Virus record (IMG/VR): IMGVR_UViG_3300029288_000077
Location: 32,001 to 96,000 of that record
Origin: a virus
Taxonomy: Duplodnaviria > Caudoviricetes
Length of the DNA: 64,000 nt
Direction: 5' to 3' (one strand)
The position numbers and the translations under genes are program-made. This document shows, in pieces, positions 41,585 to 52,709 of this stretch (position 1 is the first letter of the stretch; the number at the start of each line of letters is the position of its first letter). The notes under the pieces are model-generated. The model was not told where the DNA came from. It was given only the letters and a program-made list of their open reading frames with translations, and did not search any database.

Positions 41585-42551
41585 TAAGAAAGTACTGCTG
41601 ATTGGTGCCGGTGGTTTGCTGGGGCAAGCCATCGTTGCAGAATATAACAAGTTGTTTGTTCGTAAACTGCTAAGCTTTTTTCTAATACACAGAAACAAAA
41701 AACAGTTAGATATCACCAACAGGATCCGAATAGAAGAAGCAATCAGTGTTTACAGCCCAAACATCATTATCAACGCCTCTGGATACACCAACGTAGATGG
41801 TGCTGAAAAAGAACCAGAACTGTGTAACAAAATAAATGGTATAGGGGTGCGGAATCTAGCAGAAGCAGCAAACCACTTAGGTATCAAAGTCATTCATATT
41901 TCTTCTGATTATGTATTTTCCGGGTCCGCAAGAAAGCCGTATGCTATCGACGCACAATTTGCCCCTATAAATACCTACGGAAACAGTAAGGCGGTTGGTG
42001 AGATCAATATAAGGAGCACTTTAGATCCAGCATTCTACAAAATAATTCGTACAAGCAGCTTATTTGGTCCGTACAAGGAGAATTTTCTATACAGGCTAAT
42101 TCGCAGGATCGTAATTTCTTCTGATTTAACCGCGCCTATTATCATGACCGACAAGATGCGCACAGCTATAACCAACGCAAACGAGCTAGCAAGGTTTATA
42201 TTGAATCTGTGCGAGCACGACCACTTGTATAAAGCGTTTGACAATACCATTCATTTTACAAATACAGGTAGTATGACTAGGTATGAATTAGCCAAGAAAG
42301 TGATACATGGGCTGGGTGTGGATGAACATGTACTCAGAAAGGGTGATTTTGTAGCAAAAGAGTCAGCAGCGAAAAGGCCAACATACTCCGTATTGGATCT
42401 TAGTAAAACGGTTGACAGGTATACAGTAAATTCCTGTGAACATGTTCTAGATGAGTACATAAAGACATTTGCTTTATACGATATATTGAAAGCGTGTAAT
42501 GTACCAGTAAAACAAGTTTCGACGTGGGTGAAGAGGAGACAGGAATTATGA
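41577..42551 (+). CDS. rmlD: dTDP-4-dehydrorhamnose reductase-like SDR
   Basis: GAGGLLG, YTNVDGAE, HISSDYVF, catalytic YGNSK, KRPTYSVL. Confidence 0.88.
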   Translation: MFDKKVLLIGAGGLLGQAIVAEYNKLFVRKLLSFFLIHRNKKQLDITNRIRIEEAISVYSPNIIINASGYTNVDGAEKEPELCNKINGIGVRNLAEAANHLGIKVIHISSDYVFSGSARKPYAIDAQFAPINTYGNSKAVGEINIRSTLDPAFYKIIRTSSLFGPYKENFLYRLIRRIVISSDLTAPIIMTDKMRTAITNANELARFILNLCEHDHLYKAFDNTIHFTNTGSMTRYELAKKVIHGLGVDEHVLRKGDFVAKESAAKRPTYSVLDLSKTVDRYTVNSCEHVLDEYIKTFALYDILKACNVPVKQVSTWVKRRQEL

Positions 42552-45240
42552 AATACAAAGTGCAGGTTGATTTGACATTAGATTGTGGGTCAAAACACTG
42601 CAGAAACTGCAGATTTCTGGTTACCACAGAAACCATACGCTATACACATGTTTATGTTGAAGAATTTAGCCACACAATACGCTGTACTTTGTTCGACAAA
42701 ATTGTGGAATTTAGAGGGTTGAATGCAATGCGTTTGGATGAGTGCTTGCGATTTCTTAAAAAACTAGGTAAATAACTGCAGGTGGTTTAGGATCGATGTT
42801 GGAACACGACCTACAGTTAGGCGAGTTGATAACTTGGGGTGATATCGTCTACGAGGTATTTAGCCTGTTCATGTGTACCGATGGCCCATTCTTGGCTAGG
42901 TTGCGTCGGCTAGATACGATGCAGATTACTCAAGGAGTTGTGCTTGTTGGTACGCTGGTTGGAAATAAGAAGGGGTACACCAGGAAAAAGCAATCTATTG
43001 AATTGTTTGGAGATGAGTTTGCTGGGTGCTAAATACACAGGAGACCGTGCGTAGAAAAATACACGCTATTGGAGTGAGATGTACCATGAAAGACTTACAA
43101 TGTCAAATGTACCATGATGGAGTACAATGTACAGGCACTCTCGTATACCTAGATAGATACAGTACCTGTCTTGGTACCGTAGAGGGACTAAACGGAAATC
43201 AAATAGCAGAGATATTTAGGTGTAGTGTATGCAAGGAATTGATCGTAAGACCGTACAGGTGGCATGTGGCTGGTGAACAGGACAAGCATGAGCTTAGAGA
43301 TTTTATAAGTGGTAAGAATGGAATGAACTATTCAGTGTTGTTGACAGAAGATGAGTTGCTTTTGCTAGATGGTCATGCATCTGAACGAGTACAAAAGATG
43401 ATTGAATTCATAAAAGCGTGCACGGAGTATTAAATGATAGTTGGTAATAAAAAGTATTTTCTTGAGTGTCTTAAATGCCATACTAATTTTGAATGTAATG
43501 AGGAAAATTACAAAAAGTATACTGACGGATCTGGATTCAGCATTTTTTGCCCAGTGTGTAAACGTATGTATGCAGGAGGATTGGTGGGTGTTTTAAATCT
43601 GGTTGGTGTGAAAATCAAAAAACACCATGAAACTAAACCCAGAAGTATACATATGTCTAAGTGGCTGCTGCTGTAAGGAGGTGCAATAATGGCACTGATA
43701 GTTATTGGATCAATCTTCGGGGTCCTTACCGCTACTACAATATTTCTTATCATTCGAGGATTGAAATATACTGACGAAACAAAGGTGGCTGCACATATTG
43801 TTCCTGCTTTGTTTACTGGATTGGCTGCCCTTACCGTACTGGTTTGGTTTTTTATAGAATTGAACAGTTGTCTAGCTTGTATATACGGACACTGGGAAGA
43901 ACGAAATATAAGATGGGGTTACTACTCTGGCTGTCAAGTTGTAAATGTGCGGGTAGAAAAATAGAATGAAAACCCACAAATGGGCAGAAATAAAGACCAG
44001 AAAGTTCTCTAAGAAAAAGATTTATGATCTAGACAAGCGGATAAATAAGATAAATCAGAAGTTATATGAAACGGAAATGAAAGAAGCAAAACAGTGTGCA
44101 GCAGATGGTTGCAGGAAAAAGTCCAGCGCAAGTGTGGCCGAGATTGTCATTAACCACAACTGGGTACGTATTGCTGGATTGTGTTCAGAACATTTCGCGC
44201 AGAGACTAAGAGAGCTGGCCGATAAAGCAGAGAGACTGGTGAAATGCCCGTATTGTGATGGTACCAAATGGACTACTGCTACTGATGGCATTCATGCTAT
44301 GTCTTTCAAGTGTGTTTGTCCAGAGTGTGTCGGATACGGAAAAGTTACAAGAGGTAGAGCACATGATATCAGAAAAGGCATGAGCAAATGAAATGTTCAG
44401 CCACATTGCGTTTGGGTGACGATTATGGGGACAACACTAGTACCTTCCGATGCCAATTAGAGGAAGGACACCAAGGACCGCACCAAGAAGTATTTAAACA
44501 TACTGGTGTTAGCGGTAAGGAAGGAAAGGTGGTAGTGACTTGGGAAGAAGACGAGGGTGAAGAATTTTATTTCAAGGATCGTTTTTTCTCTGATGAACTA
44601 AAAAGAACGTGTAAGAGACTGGACGGTCTTACTACAGAGGAACAAGACACTGCAGCTATGCGTTTGTTTGAAGATGAAGAGTTTACCAAAGAGGAAATAG
44701 CCAAGTGCGCTTCTTGTGAACTATTTTCAAGATGCCAAGATAGGATAGAACCGGAGAAAGTAGAAGATGGACTCTAGTACATTTCGTCCTTGCAAAATGT
44801 GTATGGAACACACCTGTAAATGGTGGAGAATTACACCGGAATCTGACAACCTAACTACGTACATGTATCCTGCCAGGTTCTATGTAGCTGATAGTAATGG
44901 TAAACTTAAGGAGATCGTTTCTCCTGGGTACTGTACCAGGAAAGGGTCACCACTTTGTTTTGAGAAGGGTGCATGATCATGTACAGGGTGTCTGAATGCC
45001 CAGAAGACGAAGTAAGATTGCAAAGCGGTGCTATAGTACATCCGCTAGTCACATTCACTACAGATTCGGGACATCCAGCAGCACATATCATTCAAGACAG
45101 CGGATGTTATGTACTGTTGTTGGACCGTGATGACTATTGTATACTTACACCGTGGTGGTTTCCCGAGGCTGTGGCTGCAGTAAGAATGCTTCCGATGCCC
45201 ACAAAGGACAACACGTTTTATGATTATGTGGAGAGGGACC

Positions 45241-46236
45241 ATGAGTGATGATCTTGAAGAGTTTGGTACCGAAGTGGGTGATGATTCTAAGCCTGATAGT
45301 GAGAAAGAGCTTAGACCAAAGCTTACTAAGGCGGAACCAGGAGATGCGATGGTTCCGGACGCATCTTCAGGCGAATTTAGATACGAACAATGGTCGATAG
45401 GTGGGAATGGTTGCTTTTTTGGTGCAGGAACAACCGTAGAAATACTACCGCCAGGAATGTATAAAGCATGTATGAGTGAATCTGGGCCGTACGTAGAAAG
45501 GATGGACATAAAGATAGATGATCTTATGGAGGCACCAGATGGGTTGTCAAAACAAGTTTTTGATGAGATACAACTATTTTGGACCAAGGAAGAGGTGTTC
45601 AGGCATTATGGTTTCTTGCACAGACGTGGGTATCTTTTGTTTGGACCAGCCGGGAGTGGTAAAACTGCTTTAGTGCAGCTTATTTGTCATAGAGTGGTCA
45701 GTGAGGGAGACATAGTTTTGATGTGTGAAAATCCTGGTCCTTTACAACGAGTACTCAAGATGCTAAGAAGTATAGAATCAAACAGGCGTGTAGTGTGTGT
45801 CTTTGAAGATATAGATGCCATTGTTAGTAATTATGGAGATTCGAAGATATTGTCCATACTTGACGGAGAGGATCAAATCAATAGGGTATTGAATATTGCT
45901 ACCACCAATTATCCAGAAAGACTAGATAGGCGCATCGTGGCTCGTCCAAGGCGGTTTGATAGAGTGATGAAGATTGGTGCCCCGTCTGCACAAACCAGGT
46001 ATTTATACTTGAAGAAGAAGTTGAGTATAGGAAAAGATGAATTAGACACTTGGGTTGAAAAAACAGAGGGACTGTCTTTTGCATCTATGGCAGAGCTAGT
46101 AATCAGTGTAAAGTGCCTGGATCATGACTTTGATAGTACCGTGGAGCTGTTGCGTAAGATGGCAAAGGGTAAGTCTTCGAGTGAAGACTACGCAAATAAC
46201 CACATAGGTATTTGCCCTAGCGTGGCGCAGAAATAA
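45241..46236 (+). CDS. AAA+ ATPase (BCS1-like)
   Basis: RRGYLLFGPAGSGKT, VFEDID, TTNYPERLD, RPRRFD. Confidence 0.9.
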   Translation: MSDDLEEFGTEVGDDSKPDSEKELRPKLTKAEPGDAMVPDASSGEFRYEQWSIGGNGCFFGAGTTVEILPPGMYKACMSESGPYVERMDIKIDDLMEAPDGLSKQVFDEIQLFWTKEEVFRHYGFLHRRGYLLFGPAGSGKTALVQLICHRVVSEGDIVLMCENPGPLQRVLKMLRSIESNRRVVCVFEDIDAIVSNYGDSKILSILDGEDQINRVLNIATTNYPERLDRRIVARPRRFDRVMKIGAPSAQTRYLYLKKKLSIGKDELDTWVEKTEGLSFASMAELVISVKCLDHDFDSTVELLRKMAKGKSSSEDYANNHIGICPSVAQK

Positions 46237-46237
46237 A

Positions 46238-46465
46238 TTGAGCAACAAAAAGAAAAAGACGATTATAATGGTGGCTGCGTCTAAGGATGCAGATCTTCCA
46301 GCTAATTTGGTATTGAAAAAGGTTTGTGATGAATTTGGCGGTAAAAGTGGAGGAAGAGCCGATTTTGCTCAGGGTGGTGGTGTGGACCCCGAAAAGTTCA
46401 ATGTGGAGCGGATTTATGAGATCATAGAAGAGATACTTAGAAATAAACACAAAGGAGACAAATAA
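46238..46465 (+). CDS. Stand-alone DHHA1 (AlaRS C-terminal-like) domain
   Basis: FGGKSGGRADFAQGGG. Confidence 0.7.
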   Translation: MSNKKKKTIIMVAASKDADLPANLVLKKVCDEFGGKSGGRADFAQGGGVDPEKFNVERIYEIIEEILRNKHKGDK

Positions 46466-47033
46466 TGGCCGGTAGAAGGATGGATTGTGGACACAACGAG
46501 GATGCCGTTATTTGGGACGTCGCTTTGAAGAAGACCGTGTGCAGTTCTTGCAATGCAGAAGCGGTAAATGCCTCGTTCCTTGCACGCCTATTGGATTCAC
46601 AACAAAATGAAGCAGCATTTAAAACGATACACGAAACGTTCAAGGAGAGGCCGTCAGAGGAGTATATGCGTGAAGCCATGAAAACTTATAAGAACATGCA
46701 CTCAAGCGATCCTGATCATATGCAGGGGTTCATTAAGTTGATGGAAATGGCCCTGCAAGTATATAATACCAAAGGAGAGTGACAAATGTTTATAAAAACT
46801 GGTGATGCTATGGAAGTGCAGAAGGTGTTATGCGAGTGTGGGGGAGAAATTGACGAGAGCACCAAGAAGTGTAAAAAGTGTGGTAAGGACTATAACGAAA
46901 AGAAGGCAGATTTGGTTAAGCATTCCGATGAGCATGGGTATCCCGCGTCATGTGGGTGTACTACATCATGGGGAGGTGCATAGATAAAATACTGTAAGAG
47001 TGGTGGTGTTAGGAACAAACTCGAAAAAGGAGA

Positions 47034-47288
47034 ATGAACGTGGCAGAAGAAGTGAAGGAAACTGTGACCGAGACTGCAGAGACCTGTTGCAAGAAGGTGC
47101 TAACCCTCAAGTCTGAGGCTTTGCACGGTATGGCGAAGTTGATGGATGCCATCTATGCAGATGACGAACCGGCCGCTAAGGGCACCAAGGCTGCGCTGCG
47201 CCGAATCCGTGTGTCTATCATGGAGATGGTGCACCTGGCCAAGACAGCCCGCAAGGACGTCCTGGAGCTGATGAAGTCGGGCAAGTGA
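47034..47288 (+). CDS. Hc1/histone H1-like small helical protein
   Basis: KGTKAALRRIRVSIMEM..LAKTARKDV; strong RBS; downstream hairpin. Confidence 0.6.
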   Translation: MNVAEEVKETVTETAETCCKKVLTLKSEALHGMAKLMDAIYADDEPAAKGTKAALRRIRVSIMEMVHLAKTARKDVLELMKSGK

Positions 47289-47297
47289 TGTCGCCGC

Positions 47298-47339
47298 AAT
47301 GTGCCCGGTGTTGGTAATAGTGCTGGCACCGGGCACATT
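47298..47339 (+). terminator. Strong hairpin or terminator
   Basis: AATGTGCCCGGTG.../...CACCGGGCACATT; weak U-tract. Confidence 0.6.
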
Positions 47340-47917
47340 CGTGTAAGGAAGGTAGCAAACATGCTACATATTTATTTAAAGAAGGAAGAAAATGAGTACG
47401 CAGTTTCAAAAAGATAAGTGGGTTCTGTGGGAAGCAATAAATAAATATGCACAGTCCAGTGGTAATGACAAGTACCTGGCGGAAGAAATAGAAAGACTTA
47501 TAAAATCTTTGGCAGAAAATTTGTATACGCACACTGCGGAGAAGTTCTACGAATTTTATGGTATGCCCGTAGGTGGATGACGTATCCCCACCAGGAAGAT
47601 CGTATGATTCAATCATCGTTAAAATATGAAGCTCATGGATGTTCTACGTCCATGCCAGATGGGCACAATAATGACAGTAACGTTACTTACACAGCAGTGT
47701 ACGTTAACAATGAACCAGATGACTGCGCAAAAGAAGATGAATTCGAAGGGATGTTGTTTAGTGCGTGGGAGTCAAACTATTGGTGGCGCGATTGTGCCAA
47801 GGATGATTGTTTTTCTGTAGAAATGCCTGTACTACCCTTAATTGAAAAGAAAGTGTGGACCTTCAATCATAGCGGAGTTAGACCGTGGACAGGAAAAAAC
47901 TTTCACAAAAGCGTACA

Positions 47918-47945
47918 TTGACCAGCGGCTTTTTCGCAGTATAAT
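47918..47945 (+). promoter_or_regulatory. Sigma70-like promoter, probably leaderless transcript of the HAD gene
   Basis: TTGACC-N16-TATAAT; ATG 6 nt downstream. Confidence 0.65.
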
Positions 47946-47951
47946 ACACAC

Positions 47952-48407
47952 ATGAACATACTCTTCTTAGACTTTGACGGCGTGTTTATCTGCTGTGCCG
48001 GTCCCTCTGCACGATTGCCTTATCCTCCTGCTGTAGATGCACTGAACGATTTAATCAAGCGTACCAATTCTCAAGTGGTGGTGTCTTCTGCATGGCGCAT
48101 TGGCTGGACCATTGAGAAGCTGCAGCAGACCTTAGATGAGTTTGGTGTGTGGTGTAAGGTAATCGGAAAAACATGCAATACTACATACGATCATGATAGC
48201 AATAAACAAAGCACTAGGGGCGAGGAGATTGCTGAGTGGTTGGGTGAGTGCGGCTTTGGGCACCGTGTGACAGATTTTGTCGTTGTCGATGACGAGACTT
48301 GTGACATGACCAACTTACCACAAGACAAGATCTTATATGTTGAAGACGGTTGGTTTAACAAAGGGCTGACTCAAGAGATGGTGGACAAGTTTCTAGAAAG
48401 GAAGTAA
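47952..48407 (+). CDS. HAD-domain protein (Swiss-army-knife RNA-repair type)
   Basis: LFLDFDGV, VVSSAWR, RGEEIAEWL, FVVVDD. Confidence 0.85.
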   Translation: MNILFLDFDGVFICCAGPSARLPYPPAVDALNDLIKRTNSQVVVSSAWRIGWTIEKLQQTLDEFGVWCKVIGKTCNTTYDHDSNKQSTRGEEIAEWLGECGFGHRVTDFVVVDDETCDMTNLPQDKILYVEDGWFNKGLTQEMVDKFLERK

Positions 48408-48412
48408 AGGAA

Positions 48413-48619
48413 ATGCATAAAAGATATCATGATTATATTGAAGCGCTGTCAATCTTCATGAAGTATGATCCGGACGGTACATGCGTATTGTGCGCCGAAC
48501 ACGATGTTATATATGCACTTGTAGATACTAAAAAAATCTCTGCACAAGATCTCAATAAGCTGAAGGAACTTGGATGGTGTATAACTAATGATGGTAAAAG
48601 TTTTTATACGTACACATAA
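48413..48619 (+). CDS. Small phage protein, paralog of 8921..9142
   Basis: AEHDVIY...ELGW. Confidence 0.7.
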   Translation: MHKRYHDYIEALSIFMKYDPDGTCVLCAEHDVIYALVDTKKISAQDLNKLKELGWCITNDGKSFYTYT

Positions 48620-48748
48620 CAAGGAGATCTTTCCATAAAAACTAAAGCGTGCTTTGTAAGACACCTCGTGTCCAGAGTACATGGAAGGATCGCGTTTTGA
48701 ACTCATGCGCTGGGCAGCAGGCAGTGGATGGATGCGTGGGAGAGCAAA

Positions 48749-48943
48749 ATGAAAGAGATTAACAAGCAGGTAATGCGAGTAGACTGCTCTCCGCTGAACC
48801 CGAAGCAGTGGTGCCTGACGCTGGAGTGTGGGCATGAGATGTGGGTGACCAGCAAGCGGCGTCCGACTAGAAGGAAAGTTGTTTGCGTCGAGTGCAAAAT
48901 GCAGTACGGGAACATTGCGCCCAAGGAGGAGGTGGAGGGATGA
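48749..48943 (+). CDS. Small Zn-finger protein, paralog of 41420..41584
   Basis: WCLTLECGHE motif; GGAG RBS. Confidence 0.7.
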   Translation: MKEINKQVMRVDCSPLNPKQWCLTLECGHEMWVTSKRRPTRRKVVCVECKMQYGNIAPKEEVEG

Positions 48944-49603
48944 GCGATACCGTTGACGAAGGAACGATCCAGGATCTCCAGTGCTACATCATTACCCTGG
49001 AGTCCGAGTTACGTAGCATCAAGAAAGCGGCTGAGTTATTTTATGCAAGCCACACCCACGGAAACGTAATCTGTGCTGTGTGCGAGGCAGTAAAGCAGGT
49101 AATGGCATTGCTCCAGATGGTAAAAAGTTGTAATACACCATGAAAGTGAGTGACTTGTGAGAACTAAGACTAAGAAGAACACTGTTGAAGCCAGGCTTGA
49201 TCGTCTAGAACAAATCGCACAGTTGGTGCTCAAACATATCAGCGCAGCGGGTGACAGAAACCGAATTTACGCCAACAAGAAGATGGCAATGCAGGCTGAT
49301 GCTGAGGCAGATCGCTTGTGGTGCATGCAGGCACAGGAAAATCAAACGGTGGCGATCAAATTTCTACAAGAAATGGAGAGGAACAAGTCATGAGAGCCCG
49401 TGCGATGCGTTATCAGAAGGCCCAAGAGAAGAGACAGGCGCGTAATAAGAAGAAGCGCGCTGCTACCAGACGTTTCCAAAATGCTAAGGCGCACTGAGTA
49501 GTTGATTTGTCTCTTTATTTTCCTTTTCACTAAACACACCTTAAATTCCTTATCTTAGAAAGTAATATACTTGTCCTTGGTGTAATAACCAAGGAGCGAG
49601 TAA

Positions 49604-50464
49604 ATGTTTTTTAAAACTGCCTCTATTCCCATCATAGCCTTATTCGAAACCAACGGCAAATTCCACAAACTGGCATCACAGAACGATGACTTGCCTGGGC
49701 ATGCCCTTGATAAAATTAAGGGCAAGTTGAACATGTTTGATAAGGACATGCTCAAAGCTATAGCTAAAGTATATAATATCTCCGACAAAATTTCTGATTA
49801 TGTATTTCCTGTTCCGCGTGCTGTAACTGCTAATATACCCAACGGCAACCGAGATAGATTTACTGATGGTGAGTTATTGCGTTTTGCTGAACTACATAAG
49901 TGTCGGGTTTATGAGACTTTCCGCAATGATCCTATCCACATTGAGCACAATGCTGCTGACCCGCGCACTGCTCGTGGGTTTATACCTGATGCAGCCTACA
50001 ATAAGTATAACCACAAAGATCAACATGTGTTGACCATCGCTGCTATAGACACTAAGAAAGACATACCTTTTGCACAGGGCATAATCAGTGGTGAGATAAA
50101 CAAGTTTTCGATGGGCTGTATATGTGATTCAGTGAAATGCGGAAAGTGTGGGAAGGTGGCCAGTTCTGAGGAAGATCTGTGTGACTGTTTGAAGCATGAT
50201 AAGATGTCTACTTACAGTGACTGTTTGGGTGTGGAGTTCAAAGAGTTGTCTGGTGTGGATAACCCAGCCGATGAGACTGCCACCACTCAATATATGTTGA
50301 TGGCAGCCAGTCTAAGAAAGATGGGCGTACAGGCAAAGGAACAAGCAAAGATTGTAAACCAGATTTTGAATCGTGGCGAACAAGTACAGTTAGCTAGGTA
50401 CATCAAAGCAAACATAAATACTTTGCCTGAATCATTCTTGAAACTAGTTCAAACTATAATGTAG
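49604..50464 (+). CDS. Prohead maturation protease (HK97/assemblin fold) with Zn-binding insertion
   Basis: NGNRDRF, PIHIEH, FSMGC, CGKC..CDCL, ELSGVDNPAD; upstream of scaffold and capsid. Confidence 0.8.
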   Translation: MFFKTASIPIIALFETNGKFHKLASQNDDLPGHALDKIKGKLNMFDKDMLKAIAKVYNISDKISDYVFPVPRAVTANIPNGNRDRFTDGELLRFAELHKCRVYETFRNDPIHIEHNAADPRTARGFIPDAAYNKYNHKDQHVLTIAAIDTKKDIPFAQGIISGEINKFSMGCICDSVKCGKCGKVASSEEDLCDCLKHDKMSTYSDCLGVEFKELSGVDNPADETATTQYMLMAASLRKMGVQAKEQAKIVNQILNRGEQVQLARYIKANINTLPESFLKLVQTIM

Positions 50465-50534
50465 GTTATACAAACAAAAATTAATAACACATACGGCATA
50501 ATATAGTATGCTGTAGAAACAGGAGAGCAAAAAC

Positions 50535-51938
50535 ATGGCAGGTTTGAGAACGAAGACTTTGGAAAAGGTGAACGGTTTTTTGAAGAAGGCTCAAAAGGAA
50601 GAAGAGCCAAAAGACGAAACTGAGGAAGCTCCTGAGCCTGAAGGTGGCGAAGAGGTCGAGGAAGAGTCTGAAGGTGAAGAAGCGGGTGACGAAGAGGTGC
50701 CCGCTGAAGGCGAAGAGGCTACCGAGGAAGAAGAGGCTGAGGAGCCAGAAGAGAAGACCGTTGAAGAGAAGGTCGATGATTTAACCGATAAGGTTGACAG
50801 TTTGGCTGATGCAGTCAACCAGTTGCTTGGACTTGAAGAGAAAGAGCATGAGTTAGAGGAAACGGAACAGGGTGTTGAAGACGATTTTTCAGAGTACGTG
50901 GAAATGGTTGATGATGAAAACGCTGAAGAGCTGTCCGAGGAAGAGTTTGGAATGTCCCCGGATCAGTTTGTAACCTCTTCTGATAAGGGGAAGGAGCGAG
51001 GAATGACCCTAAGACAGAAGCGGCTAGCCCGCATGAAGATCTACAAGAAGTCCACTACTCTTGCCGATGAATTTGCTCTGGACAAGAGTTTGAAGAATAA
51101 GAAGGACCTGACTGGTACGCCAGTGGTTAATTACACTGACAAGTTGGTGAAGGTCCCTCCGACTCCGGACATGCTGAAAGTAGCAGAGCTTTCTCTGGAG
51201 TCTGATGATGCCAACACCAAGTGGACCGTGATGGATAAGCGCGGTCGTGCTCTGTACACCATTGCTCGTGGCACCATTAACCCGAAAGAGTTTAGTGACG
51301 CTGAGTTTGCGCGTGGCGTAATTCGCGACATGCACAAGATGGGTGTGAAAGAGGCACTGAAAAAGTACGGCGCTAAGCCCTGGGAAGATGAAGAAGACAA
51401 GAAGGACGAAGATAAGAAAGATGAGAAGGAAGCTAAGGCCAGTCTGAAGCAGATCGCTTCTGATTATCACCGCAAGTTTGCCCGTGCCATGCGGCTGGTG
51501 ATTGCAGCCATGAACAAGAACATGATTAGGCCCATTCCGCTGAAGGGTGCCTTGATTGAGATCATGGCTAAGATGGGTGTTGAGCAGCCAATTACCATCA
51601 TTGAAGCTGCATTCAAGTCCGCTGCTGATAAACACTTTGAAGTGGCGCTGGCTAATGCCGAGAAGCTTATGGACATGTCTGATGAGGCGTTTGTGGAATA
51701 CGAGGCGCTGGTGCATGGTGGTGATGTGGCTCCAGTAGCCAGCCCTGAGCAAGAGGCTGAGATCGTAGCTACTGCCAATCTGTCAGAAAAGGCGCTAGAC
51801 CTGCGTAGGCAGGCTGCAAAAGGGTCTGTTGATGTTTCTTCTGCTTCAGAGGAAGACGTTGACAGCTTTGACCAAAGACTGGCAGCGGTCGTGCCCAAGC
51901 CGCTGACTTGGAAACTGGCTCTTAGAGCCAGGAAGTAA
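50535..51938 (+). CDS. Putative scaffolding protein
   Basis: Very acidic N-terminus, helical; lies between protease and capsid genes. Confidence 0.6.
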   Translation: MAGLRTKTLEKVNGFLKKAQKEEEPKDETEEAPEPEGGEEVEEESEGEEAGDEEVPAEGEEATEEEEAEEPEEKTVEEKVDDLTDKVDSLADAVNQLLGLEEKEHELEETEQGVEDDFSEYVEMVDDENAEELSEEEFGMSPDQFVTSSDKGKERGMTLRQKRLARMKIYKKSTTLADEFALDKSLKNKKDLTGTPVVNYTDKLVKVPPTPDMLKVAELSLESDDANTKWTVMDKRGRALYTIARGTINPKEFSDAEFARGVIRDMHKMGVKEALKKYGAKPWEDEEDKKDEDKKDEKEAKASLKQIASDYHRKFARAMRLVIAAMNKNMIRPIPLKGALIEIMAKMGVEQPITIIEAAFKSAADKHFEVALANAEKLMDMSDEAFVEYEALVHGGDVAPVASPEQEAEIVATANLSEKALDLRRQAAKGSVDVSSASEEDVDSFDQRLAAVVPKPLTWKLALRARK

Positions 51939-51973
51939 CGGGCAACTAGGTAATCCTAGAAAGGGGTGTCGAG

Positions 51974-52669
51974 ATGATCGACCGCGAAAGAATGAAACAG
52001 TACATGCCGTCCCGGGTGTTCTACGATGTAGACCCCAACGCCGAGATCTATGCCGGGATGGTCGCATTCCTGGCTGTGGATGGCAATGGTGTAACCGTTG
52101 CTACCACTGCGCCGTCAGGTACCCGGCCCATTGGTACCTTCGAAAAGGACCAGGGACTGGCCTATGAGCGTTCATCTGTAGAGCAGCACACCTTCGATGC
52201 CAACAACCAGATCCTTGTCAAGCACCCGTTTGTAACTGCTGGTAAGGCGGAAGGCAAGTTGCAGAGTCTGGCTGGTGTTGTGTACACCGAGAATGTGGAC
52301 TACACTGTCAACCTGACAAACGGCGTCATTACCCGTGTGGTTGGTGGTGCCATTGCTGCTGGCGAAACTGTAGACGTGTGGTATCGGTACACAGTCAAGG
52401 CCGGTGACACGATGTGGAATGGCGGAACCAACCTGGACCGCGTTCCGGACGACACTCTTGGCAGTGGTCAGATCACTGTCATCGAGGATTGGGCTCACAT
52501 TTGGACCGACCAGTTCGTGGTAACTGATCAGTTCGCCGTTGGTGACGAGCTTCGGCCTGCGGCTGACAGTCGTTGGACCAATCAGGTAAACGGCCATCCG
52601 GTGTGCGGTATGTGCATCCACGTGCCTTCACCCGATAACCCCCTGTTGGGTGTGCGTCAGCAGATCTAA
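51974..52669 (+). CDS. Putative capsid decoration/cement protein
   Basis: Beta-rich; directly upstream of the MCP; GQITVI...WTDQF. Confidence 0.55.
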   Translation: MIDRERMKQYMPSRVFYDVDPNAEIYAGMVAFLAVDGNGVTVATTAPSGTRPIGTFEKDQGLAYERSSVEQHTFDANNQILVKHPFVTAGKAEGKLQSLAGVVYTENVDYTVNLTNGVITRVVGGAIAAGETVDVWYRYTVKAGDTMWNGGTNLDRVPDDTLGSGQITVIEDWAHIWTDQFVVTDQFAVGDELRPAADSRWTNQVNGHPVCGMCIHVPSPDNPLLGVRQQI

Positions 52670-52709
52670 GGGGTAGGGGACTAAGGTAATAGAGAAAGGG
52701 AGAGATGTC

